Assembly (NCBI GenBank): GCA_049678285.1
Contig: JBAUDW010000071.1
Location: forward strand, 294-64,293
Direction: 5' to 3'
DNA length: 64,000 nt
DNA from: Phycisphaerae bacterium
Lineage (GTDB): Bacteria > Planctomycetota > Phycisphaerae > FEN-1346
Part shown: in pieces, positions 1 through 9,346 of the stretch
How positions within the stretch are numbered: position 1 is the stretch's first letter
How the letters are laid out: every line of letters starts with the position of its first letter
Notes under the pieces: generated by a model
The model's database searches: none
The model's input: the letters and a program-made list of their open reading frames with translations, nothing else
Told to the model about the DNA's origin: nothing
Made by a program: the position numbers and the translations under genes

Positions 1-846
1 GAAGCGGAATCGTCCGAGAAGCCACGAAAGTTTTGCGGCCGTCCGGCACAAGTTTACGCGGTGCCGCCAGCAGGTCAGGCGGCCCATCGGCAGGACAGGC
101 TGGTCAGGATCAAGTTCCCACGGATGGAGGTAGAGAATGCCAGGCTGGTTTGCGCGCTGGGCTCGGCGCAGCGCCGCTGCCACCACGCGAACCGGCAGCA
201 GGCGCAGGTATCCGCCGCCGCCGACGGGCCAGTTGACCGACACCAGGCGCATCGTCAGGAGAGGGACCTCCAGCAGGCTGCCGCCGGCGGGCCCGCGGGC
301 CCGGTGGACCCACCGCGGCGCGTCGGGCACTCCGTAACGGTCGTGATGGATGGGAAAAACGGAGGAGTCGTACTGGAACCCCGCGCCGGCGAGCACGTCG
401 ATCGCCCAGGCCGTCCGGTGCGTGATGGAAAACGTGGGTGCGCGATACCCGACGACCGGCCGACCAACAATGTCCTCCAGCAGGGCGCGGCTTTCCAGGA
501 CATCCTGCCGGAAACCGTCCGCACCAAGACGCCCCACCATTTGGTGTCGCATCCCGTGCGAAGCGATTTCGTGTCCCGCGTCTGCGATCCGGCGCACCAG
601 GCCGCGATGGCGCTGAGCGACCCATCCGAGCACGAAGAAAGTAGCCGAGGCGCCGCCATCGGACAGCATCGCCAGAATACGGTCCGTGACGGGTTCCAGG
701 CGGCTGGGAATGGATTCCCACTGCTCCTGCTTGACACAGCGGGAAGCCGCTTCGACCTGGAAGTACTCCTCCACGTCGAAACTGAGCATGTGGACCGTGC
801 CGCCCGCGGCGCGCCAGTCGCCCTCCTCGTGGGCGGGACGGGTCAT
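1..846 (-). CDS. polysaccharide deacetylase family protein, PEP-CTERM/exosortase-locus subfamily (partial, 3' end beyond window start)
   Basis: Manual minus-strand translation of 846..1 gives 282 uninterrupted codons (MTRPAHEEGDWRAAGGTVHMLSFDVEEYFQVEAASRCVKQEQWES..ATFFVLGWVAQRH..GHEIASHGMRH..YRAPTFSI..). The DVE(E/D)YFQ N-terminus and NodB-like blocks are typical of exosortase-linked deacetylases. Its ATG overlaps the TPR gene stop as ATGA. It is absent from the supplied ORF track because there is no in-window stop. The true start may instead be the internal Met at 789. Confidence 0.75.
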   Translation of the reverse strand, partial: MTRPAHEEGDWRAAGGTVHMLSFDVEEYFQVEAASRCVKQEQWESIPSRLEPVTDRILAMLSDGGASATFFVLGWVAQRHRGLVRRIADAGHEIASHGMRHQMVGRLGADGFRQDVLESRALLEDIVGRPVVGYRAPTFSITHRTAWAIDVLAGAGFQYDSSVFPIHHDRYGVPDAPRWVHRARGPAGGSLLEVPLLTMRLVSVNWPVGGGGYLRLLPVRVVAAALRRAQRANQPGILYLHPWELDPDQPVLPMGRLTCWRHRVNLCRTAAKLSWLLGRFRF

Positions 847-3800
847 GGTTTGGACCGTTCCATAGCGGCGAGGGCCTGGCGGGCTCCCTCGGCCGCCGCC
901 AGGGTACTCGCCGAGAGGGTCGCGCCGTCGGCCCTGAGTTTGTCAGACAGGGCAACGGCGGCCTGCAAGTGCCAGCGGGCGAAGTCCGCCTGCTTGGCTG
1001 CCATCTCCGCCTGGCCGAGGTGAAAATGCACCTCGGGCGAGGCGGGCAGTCCCTTGACGGCCCGGTACAGCGATTGGATCGCCTCGTCGTTACGGCCCTG
1101 CAAGTGGGCAATCCAACCCAGCGTGTCACGGAAACCCGGCATGTCCGGCGCCGCCTTGACGGCCGCTTCCGCCCACTGCCTCGCCTCGGCCAATTTCGCC
1201 GTATCTTTGGGATACAGGCACGACACAATATAGGCCGAGTTGTTGGCGGCAATGGGGTTCTGGGTGGCATCCCAGACCTGGCGGTACAGGGGCAGGGCAT
1301 CGGCGGGATGGCCGGCCTGTTCCAGGGCCAGGGCCAAGCCAAGCATGGAGTCGGTGTTGTCCTTCTCTGCTTGCACGACCGACTGCCAGATTTCAACGGC
1401 CCTGGCGTAGTCTTTCTGTTCGATGGCCAGCGTTGCCTGCGCGGCGCGTGCCAGCAGGCAATCGGCGGGTTGGAGGACCTTGAGCAGTTCTTGCGAGGCA
1501 GCGGCATCGGGCCTGGTCTGGAGGGCGATTGCGGCGGCCCACTGGCAGGTGGGTCGTGCACTAAGTATCTGCATAGCCCATGCGCGGGCCAGCAGGGGCA
1601 TGCCGAACTCGGCGGCTAGCGACGCCTTGAGCAGGGCGGCGGCCTCATCGGGCGACTTGGGGTTGCGTTTGGCCGAGGCCGTCAGTTCGTCTGACACCTG
1701 ACGCCCGATGTTGCCGGCGCCCCTGACAGTGGCGGACCCGGCCGTGGCCTCGTCCATGGCGCCGGCCACCAGTGCCGCCAGGATCCTGTGAGACGGATTG
1801 AGCGACTGCGGCGGCTTCATCTGCGACAAGGTCTGCTGGATGCGGTCCAGGCGGTCCTTCCAGGGCGCCACGGGTTGCCCCGTCTGTGCGGTGACGAGGA
1901 GACCCAGAAGTGCCTCGTAAGGCGCGGCGGCGCCGACCTCGGGCAGCAGGGGCTTGGCGGAGTCGGGCTTCTGGGCCAGGGCAAGCAGGATGGCCGCCCG
2001 CCGCCACCGCGGGTCGGTGGACACCTGAGCGGACTGAGCGGCCAGGTCGGCGGCGGCGGGCAGGTCGCCCGTCGCGAGCATGGCTTGGAGCGCCATGCCG
2101 CGGACCTCATCGGGCATGAGGCTGCCCGGCGACCGTCGGGCCGAGAATTCGCCGAAAACCTTGAGGGCGTCCGCCGGCCGGTTCGCCCGCAGCAGGATAT
2201 CCATCTGCTGAACGGCAAGGGCCGAAGAGTCGGGCTTGACTTTCTGCGCCTGAAGCAGGACGGCGAGTTTGGCATCGTCCGTGTCTTCCAGGTTTGCCGC
2301 CACCTGCTGTGCGGCGACGTACTGCGGCGCATATTCGGCAATGGAGCCGAGCGCCTTGCGGGCGCGGTCTTTGCGTCCGAGGACCGCAAAGGCCTGACCG
2401 AGCGCCAATTGCAGTCGCGGATCGGTACCGCGGCCCAACTCGGCCAATTGCTCAAACGTATCCGCGGCCTGGGCCGCCAAGCCCCACTGCGCCAGCATCG
2501 TGCCGCGCTCCGACAAGGCCCCCAGCCGGCCGGTCTCGCCGAGGCCTTCCAGCAGTTTCAGCGTGGCCATGGCCTCCTGGGGGTTGCCTGCTGCATCGAG
2601 GATTCGCGCCAGGGCGGCGTACGCCCGCAGGTTCCCGGGCTGCCGCTCGATGGCCTGGCGGTAGCAGTCGATCGCTTCGGCCAGTCTGCCCGCGGCGGTC
2701 AGGATGTCGGCCCGGACCAGGCAGGGCCGGGCGTCGTTGGGCAAGAGTTTGCCCATCTCATCGCACACGGCCATGGCCTTGTCGGTCTGCGGCATGCGTG
2801 CGTAGAGAGCGGCTATGCGTTCGAGGGTGGCGGCGTCGGCGTCTTTGACCGCCTGGCGGACCATGTCGGCGAGAATGGCATCGGCTTCCTTGACGCGGCC
2901 AGCGGCGGTGAGCAGCGTTGCCTTGTAGTAGAGGGCCCGCGACCGGCTGGTGGGGGTGCCGGTCACCTGGTCCAGTTCGATTGTCGCCTGGTCCAGATGC
3001 CCTGCGCGTGCCAGCGACTGGGCGCGGAAGAGGCGGGCGAGGTTGCGCGCGTCCTCCGAGGTGTCCTGCCGGCTGGCCACGCGACCGTACGCTTCGGCTG
3101 CCGCCTCATATTGCCCGCGGCTATCGTACAGCCACCCTACCGCCAGGTTGATCTGGTCGCGTTTGGCGCCGGGGATGGCCGCCAAGGCGGTTTCCACGGC
3201 GTCGGGCTTCAGGGTCCGGCCCATGATGTTGGCTAATTGGAAATAGATCGGTAGCTTGTCCGGCATCTGCTTGAGCACCGCCGTCCACTGCTCGATGCAC
3301 TTGTCGTCCTGCCCCAGCATCTTGTAGGCCTGGCCCAGCAGAAGGCGGGCGTCGGCGTCGGTCGGCCGCTCCTTAAGTTGCTCCAGGCAGACATCGACGC
3401 ACTTTTCAGGCTGGCCGCTGCCGAGCATGGCCTGGGCCATGGCAAGGCCGGCGGGCGCGCCTGGGCCGGCCTGCGGCAGCATCTCCTGGCCGCGCGCCAG
3501 CCGAATGAGGTTGGTCAGTCGCAGCGCAGCGGCGTTGGCCGGATTGCGGTCGAGGATGGCCTGGCACTCGGCCAGGCAGTCGTCGGGCAGCCCGGCCTCG
3601 TACAAGGCGGCGGCAAGGGCTTCCCGCGAGGCCAGGTTGCGGTCGTCAAGGCGAATGGCGGCGCGGTACTGCTCAACGGCTTGAAGCGGCCGGCCCGTCA
3701 GGACAAAGAACCGGCCCAGTTCCATGGGAACGCGTGCGTCCTTGGGGCTTCGCGCCCGTTCTTCCGTCAGCATCCGCTCGGCCTCCGACACCCGCCCCAG

Positions 3801-5432
3801 CATGGCTTTGGCGCGGGCCACGGCCAGCCGTCCGGCGACCGTGGGGGGGGTGCATGCGGCGGCCTTTTCCAGCGTGGCCTTGGCGGCATCGGGGTTCTCA
3901 CCCAGCAGCCGGTACCCCTCGTGAACGGCCAGGAGAACTTCGGGTCTCGCGGCATCGTCCTTCACGGCGGTTTTCAGGGCCGTCCTTGCCAGGTTGACCT
4001 GGTTCGTGGCCTTCGCGGTGTGGACATAGAGCGTCAGGGCCGTCACACGGCTCGGCGCCCCTGCATCGGGGTCGGCTCGGACGGCGTTATAATAGGCCCT
4101 GGCTTCGGAGAAAGCCTCGGGCGCGAAGCCGTCGGACAGGAGCGATTCCGCCAGGTACCGGTGGGCCTCGGCGTAGAAGGGATCGGACCTCGCGGACTGT
4201 CTTTCGATTTCCGTCACCGCCCGCATGGCCTCGCGCGCGGGCTCCTGCTTTCCCGTCTCATGGGCCGCTAAACCGTAATAGTACTGAACGGCGGGCCAGC
4301 GGGGGACCGCCGTCCTCAACGAATACAGTTCCCGCTCGGCTTCGGCCCACTTGTTTTGGAACGACAGGACGCGGGCCCGCATGAACCGCGCGCTGACTCG
4401 CTGGTCGGCGTCGGGCTTTGAGTCAAGGACCTGGGTGCAGAGTTCCATGGCCCGGTCGATGTCACCGGCTCGCACGGCAACCTCGGCCCGGGCGAGTTTG
4501 GCGTCGGCGTCGGCGGGGTGTTTTTCGAGGATGGCGTCTAGCCTTACGATGGCCGACTGGAGGCGGCGGGCCTCCTCGGCAGGGTCGGCGGACTCGTCCA
4601 CGCCGCGGAACTCGGCCCGGATGAGCCTGACGGCGGCGGCCGGCGGCGGATCCTCCAGGGCCAGGATCGCCTCGCGGGCGGCCGCCAGGGCCGTCCGGTC
4701 GCCGCGATCCACACACAGGTCGACCAGCGCCCGGGCCGCCTGGGCGCGATTCGGGTCCTTCTTGACAACGGGCAGCAGGGTGTCGGTCGCCTGGCGGAGC
4801 AGCCGGTCGGCCTCGACCCGCGCTTCCTCGGCCGCCTTGTGCTTGGCGGCCTTGGCGGCGGCGTCGCCCGCCGTCGCAGCCACCTGGGACTCTTTCTCCA
4901 GCCGGTCGCAAAGCAGTTGCTGGGCGGCGCCCATCTGCATCAGATTGAGGCCGATCGCCTGTTGCACATCGAGCGCACTCGTCTCGTCCGGCGCGCGAAC
5001 CCCGGCCAGGTAGTCGTTGGCCTGCCTCAACCCCGCGACAGCCCCGACGAGGACCGAGGTCTGGCGGATCTCGTCTTCCGACACCAGGGCCCTGCGGGCC
5101 GGCATGGCGTAAGTCTCAGCCACGGCCAGCGGGACCGTTACGCCCGGCGGGTTATGTCTAGCGGCCTCTGCCAGCGCGTCGCGGGCCTCGGCGTACTGGC
5201 CTTTACCGCTCAGAGCCATGGCCTTGGCGTAGTAGGAGCGCCAGTTCATCTCTTCCTTGGCCACCGCGGACTCGGCCAATTCCAAGGCCCGGTTGTATTC
5301 CTTGGCGCGCATCGCCAGTTCCGACCGGGCGAGCAACTTCTCGACCGTATTGCGATGCAGGTACCACAGGGTGCCCCCCGTCACGGCCCCGAGGAAGCCC
5401 ACGATGATGAGGACCAGCACGACGCGCCGCAT
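843..5432 (-). CDS. large TPR-repeat protein with one N-terminal transmembrane helix (PrsT-like EPS/exosortase-locus TPR protein)
   Basis: The 1541-aa ORF has repeated A/L/E/R-rich TPR-like helical repeats throughout. The Met at 5432 is preceded by AAGGAGGG and followed by the hydrophobic segment RRVVLVLIIVGFLGAVTGG. It sits between the exosortase and deacetylase genes, as in PEP-CTERM loci. Confidence 0.8.
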   Translation of the reverse strand: MRRVVLVLIIVGFLGAVTGGTLWYLHRNTVEKLLARSELAMRAKEYNRALELAESAVAKEEMNWRSYYAKAMALSGKGQYAEARDALAEAARHNPPGVTVPLAVAETYAMPARRALVSEDEIRQTSVLVGAVAGLRQANDYLAGVRAPDETSALDVQQAIGLNLMQMGAAQQLLCDRLEKESQVAATAGDAAAKAAKHKAAEEARVEADRLLRQATDTLLPVVKKDPNRAQAARALVDLCVDRGDRTALAAAREAILALEDPPPAAAVRLIRAEFRGVDESADPAEEARRLQSAIVRLDAILEKHPADADAKLARAEVAVRAGDIDRAMELCTQVLDSKPDADQRVSARFMRARVLSFQNKWAEAERELYSLRTAVPRWPAVQYYYGLAAHETGKQEPAREAMRAVTEIERQSARSDPFYAEAHRYLAESLLSDGFAPEAFSEARAYYNAVRADPDAGAPSRVTALTLYVHTAKATNQVNLARTALKTAVKDDAARPEVLLAVHEGYRLLGENPDAAKATLEKAAACTPPTVAGRLAVARAKAMLGRVSEAERMLTEERARSPKDARVPMELGRFFVLTGRPLQAVEQYRAAIRLDDRNLASREALAAALYEAGLPDDCLAECQAILDRNPANAAALRLTNLIRLARGQEMLPQAGPGAPAGLAMAQAMLGSGQPEKCVDVCLEQLKERPTDADARLLLGQAYKMLGQDDKCIEQWTAVLKQMPDKLPIYFQLANIMGRTLKPDAVETALAAIPGAKRDQINLAVGWLYDSRGQYEAAAEAYGRVASRQDTSEDARNLARLFRAQSLARAGHLDQATIELDQVTGTPTSRSRALYYKATLLTAAGRVKEADAILADMVRQAVKDADAATLERIAALYARMPQTDKAMAVCDEMGKLLPNDARPCLVRADILTAAGRLAEAIDCYRQAIERQPGNLRAYAALARILDAAGNPQEAMATLKLLEGLGETGRLGALSERGTMLAQWGLAAQAADTFEQLAELGRGTDPRLQLALGQAFAVLGRKDRARKALGSIAEYAPQYVAAQQVAANLEDTDDAKLAVLLQAQKVKPDSSALAVQQMDILLRANRPADALKVFGEFSARRSPGSLMPDEVRGMALQAMLATGDLPAAADLAAQSAQVSTDPRWRRAAILLALAQKPDSAKPLLPEVGAAAPYEALLGLLVTAQTGQPVAPWKDRLDRIQQTLSQMKPPQSLNPSHRILAALVAGAMDEATAGSATVRGAGNIGRQVSDELTASAKRNPKSPDEAAALLKASLAAEFGMPLLARAWAMQILSARPTCQWAAAIALQTRPDAAASQELLKVLQPADCLLARAAQATLAIEQKDYARAVEIWQSVVQAEKDNTDSMLGLALALEQAGHPADALPLYRQVWDATQNPIAANNSAYIVSCLYPKDTAKLAEARQWAEAAVKAAPDMPGFRDTLGWIAHLQGRNDEAIQSLYRAVKGLPASPEVHFHLGQAEMAAKQADFARWHLQAAVALSDKLRADGATLSASTLAAAEGARQALAAMERSKP

Positions 5433-5451
5433 GGGTATTCCCTCCTTCAGT

Positions 5452-7140
5452 CTACCGTAATGCCGCATCCAGGTACGGAATGGCGGCGGCCATCATCGCC
5501 GCGCACCGCCGGCGGGCCGCCTCCTCATCCGCATCGTCGCCCACGGCCGTGGACACCCGAATAAGGGCGCCGCTGGCGTTGCGGCCCAAGAGGCCGTTGG
5601 CGAAGATGACGAGTTGCTGCTTCCAGAAACTGGGCGTGTAATCGTCGCCGCACTTGTATACATACAGATGATACTCGCGGCGCCGGTCCGACGTGGTCAG
5701 CAGCAGCCGGCCGGGCACGTCGCCCCGGCCGGGCACGTCGCGGACCACCACGCCACGGCTCTCAACAACGCTTTCGCCAAAGCACACCTCCGGCGGGTGC
5801 GTGCCCTTGCGGTTGTCCTTGCTGAAGATGACGCAGAAGTCAATCGGCGTGGCGCCTGCCGCCTGGTACCGGCGGTACAGGTAGTCGGTCGTCTCCAGGA
5901 TGGTCAGCGTGTTGTCATCCAGGGCCAGGTCGAAGCCGTAAAGGCGGCGGCCGTCCACTTCGATCGTCCTGGGCAGCGACTTGCCGGCCATGTCCTGGTT
6001 CCAGACGGACACGACGCGGACGTTGAGGGCCCATGCCGCGCCGGCGCCGGCCAAGACCACTATCACCGCCACCCAGCCAGCCCGGCAGCCCACGGCGCGG
6101 GTCAGGCGCGGCCACTGGTCTTCGTCCTCGGGGTCTCGGAGCACGCCGTGGAACAAGGGCAACACGACCGCGGGCCGGCCGGCCAGCCGACGGGCCGCCA
6201 ACACCAGCCGCTCGATGCTGAACATCAGCCAGAAGGCCAGCACGTAGATCAAGAGGCCCGAAAGGTCGTGGTACCAGCCCGCGGCCGTCTTCTCGTCCCA
6301 GACGTCGGCCACCACGATCAGGCTGACGATCCGGATCGAGTTGCTGACCACCGCCACCGGGACGCTCATGGCAAAGAGCCCCAGCCGCCACGCGCCCCGC
6401 AGTTTGCTGACGTAGGCGTAGATGGCCCCGAACGCCAGCAGGCTGACGATCGTCCGCAGGCCGTTGCACACGTTGGCGATCACCAGCGTCTTGTCGCCCT
6501 GGAGCAGGACCTCGTTGGGCCGGTCCCTGGCGCGTTCGACCACGACGCCGATGAGGTTGGCCCCGGCCACGCCGATGTCGGCCGCCCGCATCTTCAGCCA
6601 CAGATTCAGGTTGGCTATCATCACCTCCGGCAACGGCACCATGAAAGCGAGCAACACCAGCGGGAACCACAGCCTCCTCAGGGCGGTGGCTCCCCACAGC
6701 AGCAGCACCAGGCCCGCCAGCACGCCGATCAGGCTGAACCCGCTGACAAAATTCACCCGTGCAAAACACGCCGCCAGGTGCACCAACAGGCTGCCCGCCA
6801 GCACGACCGTGCCCGCGACGCGCTTCGGCTCCAGCGGAATCCGCGTGTGACGCACCAGCAGGACCATCATGATCAGGCTGACCACGGGCACGAGCGGGCC
6901 GTGGGTATAATAACTCTCGCCTCCCACAAGCCGGTCGTACAGGCCCAGGTTGGCGTGGCGCCACGCCGGGAACCACCGGATCCACATCTCGGCAAAGGTG
7001 TTGGCGTAGGCCGCGACCAGCCCGGCGGCCAGCAGAAGCCACGCGGCTGCCAGGAATCGCGTCGGGCGGTTCGTCGGGCTATTAGTCGTGGGGTCGCTTC
7101 TCATAAAATGGCTCGGGCCCTGATGGATGCGCGGCAGCAT
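5452..7140 (-). CDS. exosortase (XrtA-like) fused to a C-terminal EpsI-family domain
   Basis: The N-terminal half is polytopic and carries exosortase-like signatures (VIANVCNGLRTIVSL with Cys, SNSIRIV with Arg). The C-terminal ~200 aa is soluble and EpsI-like (TDYLYRRYQ, PPEVCFGE). It is flanked by PEP-CTERM-locus genes, and two PEP-CTERM proteins lie downstream. Confidence 0.85.
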   Translation of the reverse strand: MLPRIHQGPSHFMRSDPTTNSPTNRPTRFLAAAWLLLAAGLVAAYANTFAEMWIRWFPAWRHANLGLYDRLVGGESYYTHGPLVPVVSLIMMVLLVRHTRIPLEPKRVAGTVVLAGSLLVHLAACFARVNFVSGFSLIGVLAGLVLLLWGATALRRLWFPLVLLAFMVPLPEVMIANLNLWLKMRAADIGVAGANLIGVVVERARDRPNEVLLQGDKTLVIANVCNGLRTIVSLLAFGAIYAYVSKLRGAWRLGLFAMSVPVAVVSNSIRIVSLIVVADVWDEKTAAGWYHDLSGLLIYVLAFWLMFSIERLVLAARRLAGRPAVVLPLFHGVLRDPEDEDQWPRLTRAVGCRAGWVAVIVVLAGAGAAWALNVRVVSVWNQDMAGKSLPRTIEVDGRRLYGFDLALDDNTLTILETTDYLYRRYQAAGATPIDFCVIFSKDNRKGTHPPEVCFGESVVESRGVVVRDVPGRGDVPGRLLLTTSDRRREYHLYVYKCGDDYTPSFWKQQLVIFANGLLGRNASGALIRVSTAVGDDADEEAARRRCAAMMAAAIPYLDAALR

Positions 7141-7347
7141 TGTAGCATCAAGCCCGTCCTCTGTCCACGGGTTGCAGCGTCACGCCGCGTGAAGTTGCGT
7201 TGCGGCACTATCCCAGTATCGGCACTTTCCCAATGCGGATTGACCGGGACTGGCTGTTCTTTCAATTGCTTGGCCGGCGCCTGCGGCACGGCCGCTCTGG
7301 ATGTGGGCTGCCTTAGCGCGGGCGGACTCTGAACCCCTCCCCATTGT

Positions 7348-8331
7348 CTAGACCAAAATCCGGGCCGTTTTAGGTGGACTCATCGCCCCGCTGAGGGCGG
7401 CTGGACCTCCGGGAGCCCGGAGGGCGACCGGAGGTCCAGCCGCCACGCCCGCCGCCTCCCTGCCGACCAGTCCCACCGCCTCGTTCGCTGCGGCCGCCAG
7501 CCCGTACACCTCCGCCGGTGTCCGGTACGATAGCGACTGGTGCGGCCGCTCGTGGTTGTAGAATCCGAAGTACCGCCCGAGGCCCAGCCGCCCCTCCGCC
7601 GGCGTCTGGTAGTCCTTCAGGTACACGTCCTCGTACTTGACCGTCCGCCACAGACGCTCGACGAAGATGTTGTCGAACGCCCGGCCCCGACCGTCCATGC
7701 TGACGGCAATCCCCGACGCCTCCACGAGGCCCGTCCAGGCCTCGCTCGTGAACTGGCTCCCCTGGTCGGTGTTGATGATGCTGGGCCGACGCCCCGTCCG
7801 GAGCGCCGCCTCCAACGCCGCCACACAGAACGCCGCCTCCAACGTCACCGACATCTCCCACGCCACCACGTACCGTGAATACCAGTCCAGGATCGCCACC
7901 AGGTACGCCCAGCCCTGATACAGCGGCAGGTACGTAATGTCCGCCGCCCAGACCTGGTCCGGTCGCACGACCGCCACGTCCCGCAACAGGTACGGATAGG
8001 TCTTGGCGCCCTCCTGGGGCACGCTCAGGCCCCGTTTGCGCCTCGGATAGATCGCCTCCAGGCCCATCCTCCGCAAGAGGCGCCGCACCCGCTTGGGGTT
8101 GACGCGGTGGCCCTCGCGTCGCAGCCACTCGGTCATCTTGGCCACTCCGTAAAACGGCGTCCGCGTGTACTGCTCGTCCAGCAGCCGCATCAGGTGCGCG
8201 TTGGCGACGTCCTCGCCCTGCGGCCGGTAGTAGAGGCTGCTGCGGGCCAGGCCCAGCAGGTCGCACTGCCGGCGGACGGAAATCGCGGGATGTCCCGGCT
8301 CGATGGCCATCCGCTTCGCCTCAACCCCCAA
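7348..8331 (-). CDS. IS3-family transposase OrfB (integrase core, DDE)
   Basis: Motifs [20 protein letters not shown] and [23 protein letters not shown] are classic rve/IS3 OrfB features. Confidence 0.9.
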   Translation of the reverse strand: MGVEAKRMAIEPGHPAISVRRQCDLLGLARSSLYYRPQGEDVANAHLMRLLDEQYTRTPFYGVAKMTEWLRREGHRVNPKRVRRLLRRMGLEAIYPRRKRGLSVPQEGAKTYPYLLRDVAVVRPDQVWAADITYLPLYQGWAYLVAILDWYSRYVVAWEMSVTLEAAFCVAALEAALRTGRRPSIINTDQGSQFTSEAWTGLVEASGIAVSMDGRGRAFDNIFVERLWRTVKYEDVYLKDYQTPAEGRLGLGRYFGFYNHERPHQSLSYRTPAEVYGLAAAANEAVGLVGREAAGVAAGPPVALRAPGGPAALSGAMSPPKTARILV

Positions 8332-8611
8332 GGCCTGATTTTTTTTTCACCCAGTCCAACTCGACCTTCAACTGCCCGATCTGGCGGTACAGTTCCGCCA
8401 CCAGGATCTCCTGCTCCTCGGACCGGCGGTCCCGCCGCCGCGCAAAGACCTCCGGCAACGCCGCCAGGAGCTGCCGCTTCCACTGCGTGATCTGGCTCGG
8501 ATGGACCTGGTACTGACTCGCCAGTTCGGCCAGCGTCCGGTCCCCCTTCGCCGCCTCCAGGGCCACCCGCGCCTTCAGGTCCGCCCCGAACGTCCGCCTC
8601 GCTCGTCCCAT
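8321..8611 (-). CDS. IS3-family transposase OrfA (HTH)
   Basis: 96-aa product with DLKARVALEAAKGDRTLAELASQYQVHPSQITQWKRQ, ending in KKK encoded by the A9 slippery site. Confidence 0.85.
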   Translation of the reverse strand: MGRARRTFGADLKARVALEAAKGDRTLAELASQYQVHPSQITQWKRQLLAALPEVFARRRDRRSEEQEILVAELYRQIGQLKVELDWVKKKSGLGG

Positions 8612-8756
8612 CGATTCGCCTCCCGGCCTTCTCTTCGGCCAGGCGACGAACCCACCTTAACCGCGCGCCCAGTTTTTGGGGAGCATCATACTCTTCGGAA
8701 TTCCGTCCGGCAAGCCCCCGCCGAACAAGAACATGCTTCACTGAATACACGTGTAG

Positions 8757-8962
8757 TATATAATCTGGCCTTTCGCAGGTTTTCATGGCTTTGCGGAACG
8801 CAAGGGAGCCGGAAATGCCCTTTTCCCGCGGTTTTCCCCGGCTTCTTGCCATCGGGCTAATTTTGCGTTCTCCCCCTTGCGCCCATGGCTCAGGGCAAAA
8901 TTAGAATCACCCCGATCCCCCGCAAAATAAGCGTATTTCGTGTTCCAGAATCTGCGAAAGGC
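8757..8962. repeat. nested inverted repeats in an AT-rich intergenic island (outer 16-bp perfect IR ATCTGGCCTTTCGCAG/CTGCGAAAGGCCAGAT, each abutting a TATAAT box; inner 10-bp IR CTAATTTTGC/GCAAAATTAG)
   Basis: Read directly: outer arms at 8763-8778 and 8942-8957, inner arms at 8857-8866 and 8895-8904. GC in this island is far below the window average. Confidence 0.6.
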
Positions 8963-9120
8963 CAGATATAATCCGTCCGGCAGGATCATAAAAAAGGCCG
9001 CCAGAGCAAAGGGCTTACGATGAGATGCTCCGTGGCAGCGTCCGATGGTAAGATAGGGGGGATACGACGATGAGGTATGTTCTATTGCAGCAGGCGCCGC
9101 AAATTTTTGGAGGAATCCAC

Positions 9121-9149
9121 TTGACAACCCCGTAATTATGGAGTATGCT
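9121..9149 (+). promoter_or_regulatory. sigma70-like promoter (TTGACA-N17-TATGCT) upstream of the sugar transferase operon
   Basis: TTGACA at 9121-9126, a 17-nt spacer, TATGCT at 9144-9149. It lies in an AT-rich region about 200 nt upstream of the first gene of the plus-strand operon. Confidence 0.5.
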
Positions 9150-9172
9150 TCTTTTTGGAAGTTTGTAAAAGG

Positions 9173-9346
9173 GGGTGGATCAGCAGGTTTCCTTGGTCGG
9201 GGCGTGCTGATCCACCCGGGACGACGCGCGAGCGAAACGTTTCGCACGCGCCTTATAGCATTATCATAGGCGCGCGTCGTCTCCGGAATCAAGTAAAAAT
9301 CTGGGCGGGCCGTGCAAGCAGCACGGTCCAAGCGGGAGACGACGCG
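9173..9346 (+). promoter_or_regulatory. highly structured 5' leader: three hairpins and a triplicated GACGACGCG element overlapping the SD/start codon (putative riboregulator/attenuator)
   Basis: Hairpin 1 has a 12-13 bp perfect stem (GGGTGGATCAGCA 9173-9185 / TGCTGATCCACCC 9205-9217). Hairpin 2 has arms GGGACGACGCGCG (9218-9230) and CGCGCGTCGTCTCC (9271-9284), with inner palindromes CGAAACGTTTCG between them. A third copy GGGAGACGACGCG at 9333-9345 contains the likely SD and abuts the ATG at 9347. It could pair alternatively with the 9271-9284 arm. Confidence 0.5.

Larger units (their letters stand above)
7335..8681 (-). mobile_element. IS3-family insertion sequence, copy 1 (orfA/orfB with -1 frameshift site)
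   Basis: OrfA (HTH) and OrfB (DDE rve core) overlap at an A9 slippery run (GTGAAAAAAAAATCAGG on the coding strand near 8335-8350). End sequences (TCCCCAAAAACTGGGCGCGCGGTTAAGGTGG at the left end; a related imperfect copy near 7334-7380) resemble those of the second copy at 29217. Confidence 0.8.

Noticed and set aside
110-1561. 483-codon minus-strand ORF rich in Pro/Arg/Ser
   Set aside because: Extreme low-complexity composition. It overlaps in alternative frames the well-supported deacetylase (1-846) and TPR (843-5432) genes, so it is an alternative-frame artefact of GC-rich DNA.
7348-8331. Long Ala/Pro/Gly-rich C-terminal tails on both IS3 OrfB proteins (also 29582-30673), as possible extra domains
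   Set aside because: The tails are low-complexity and coincide with the terminal inverted-repeat DNA of the elements. They are more likely IR-encoded read-through than functional domains.
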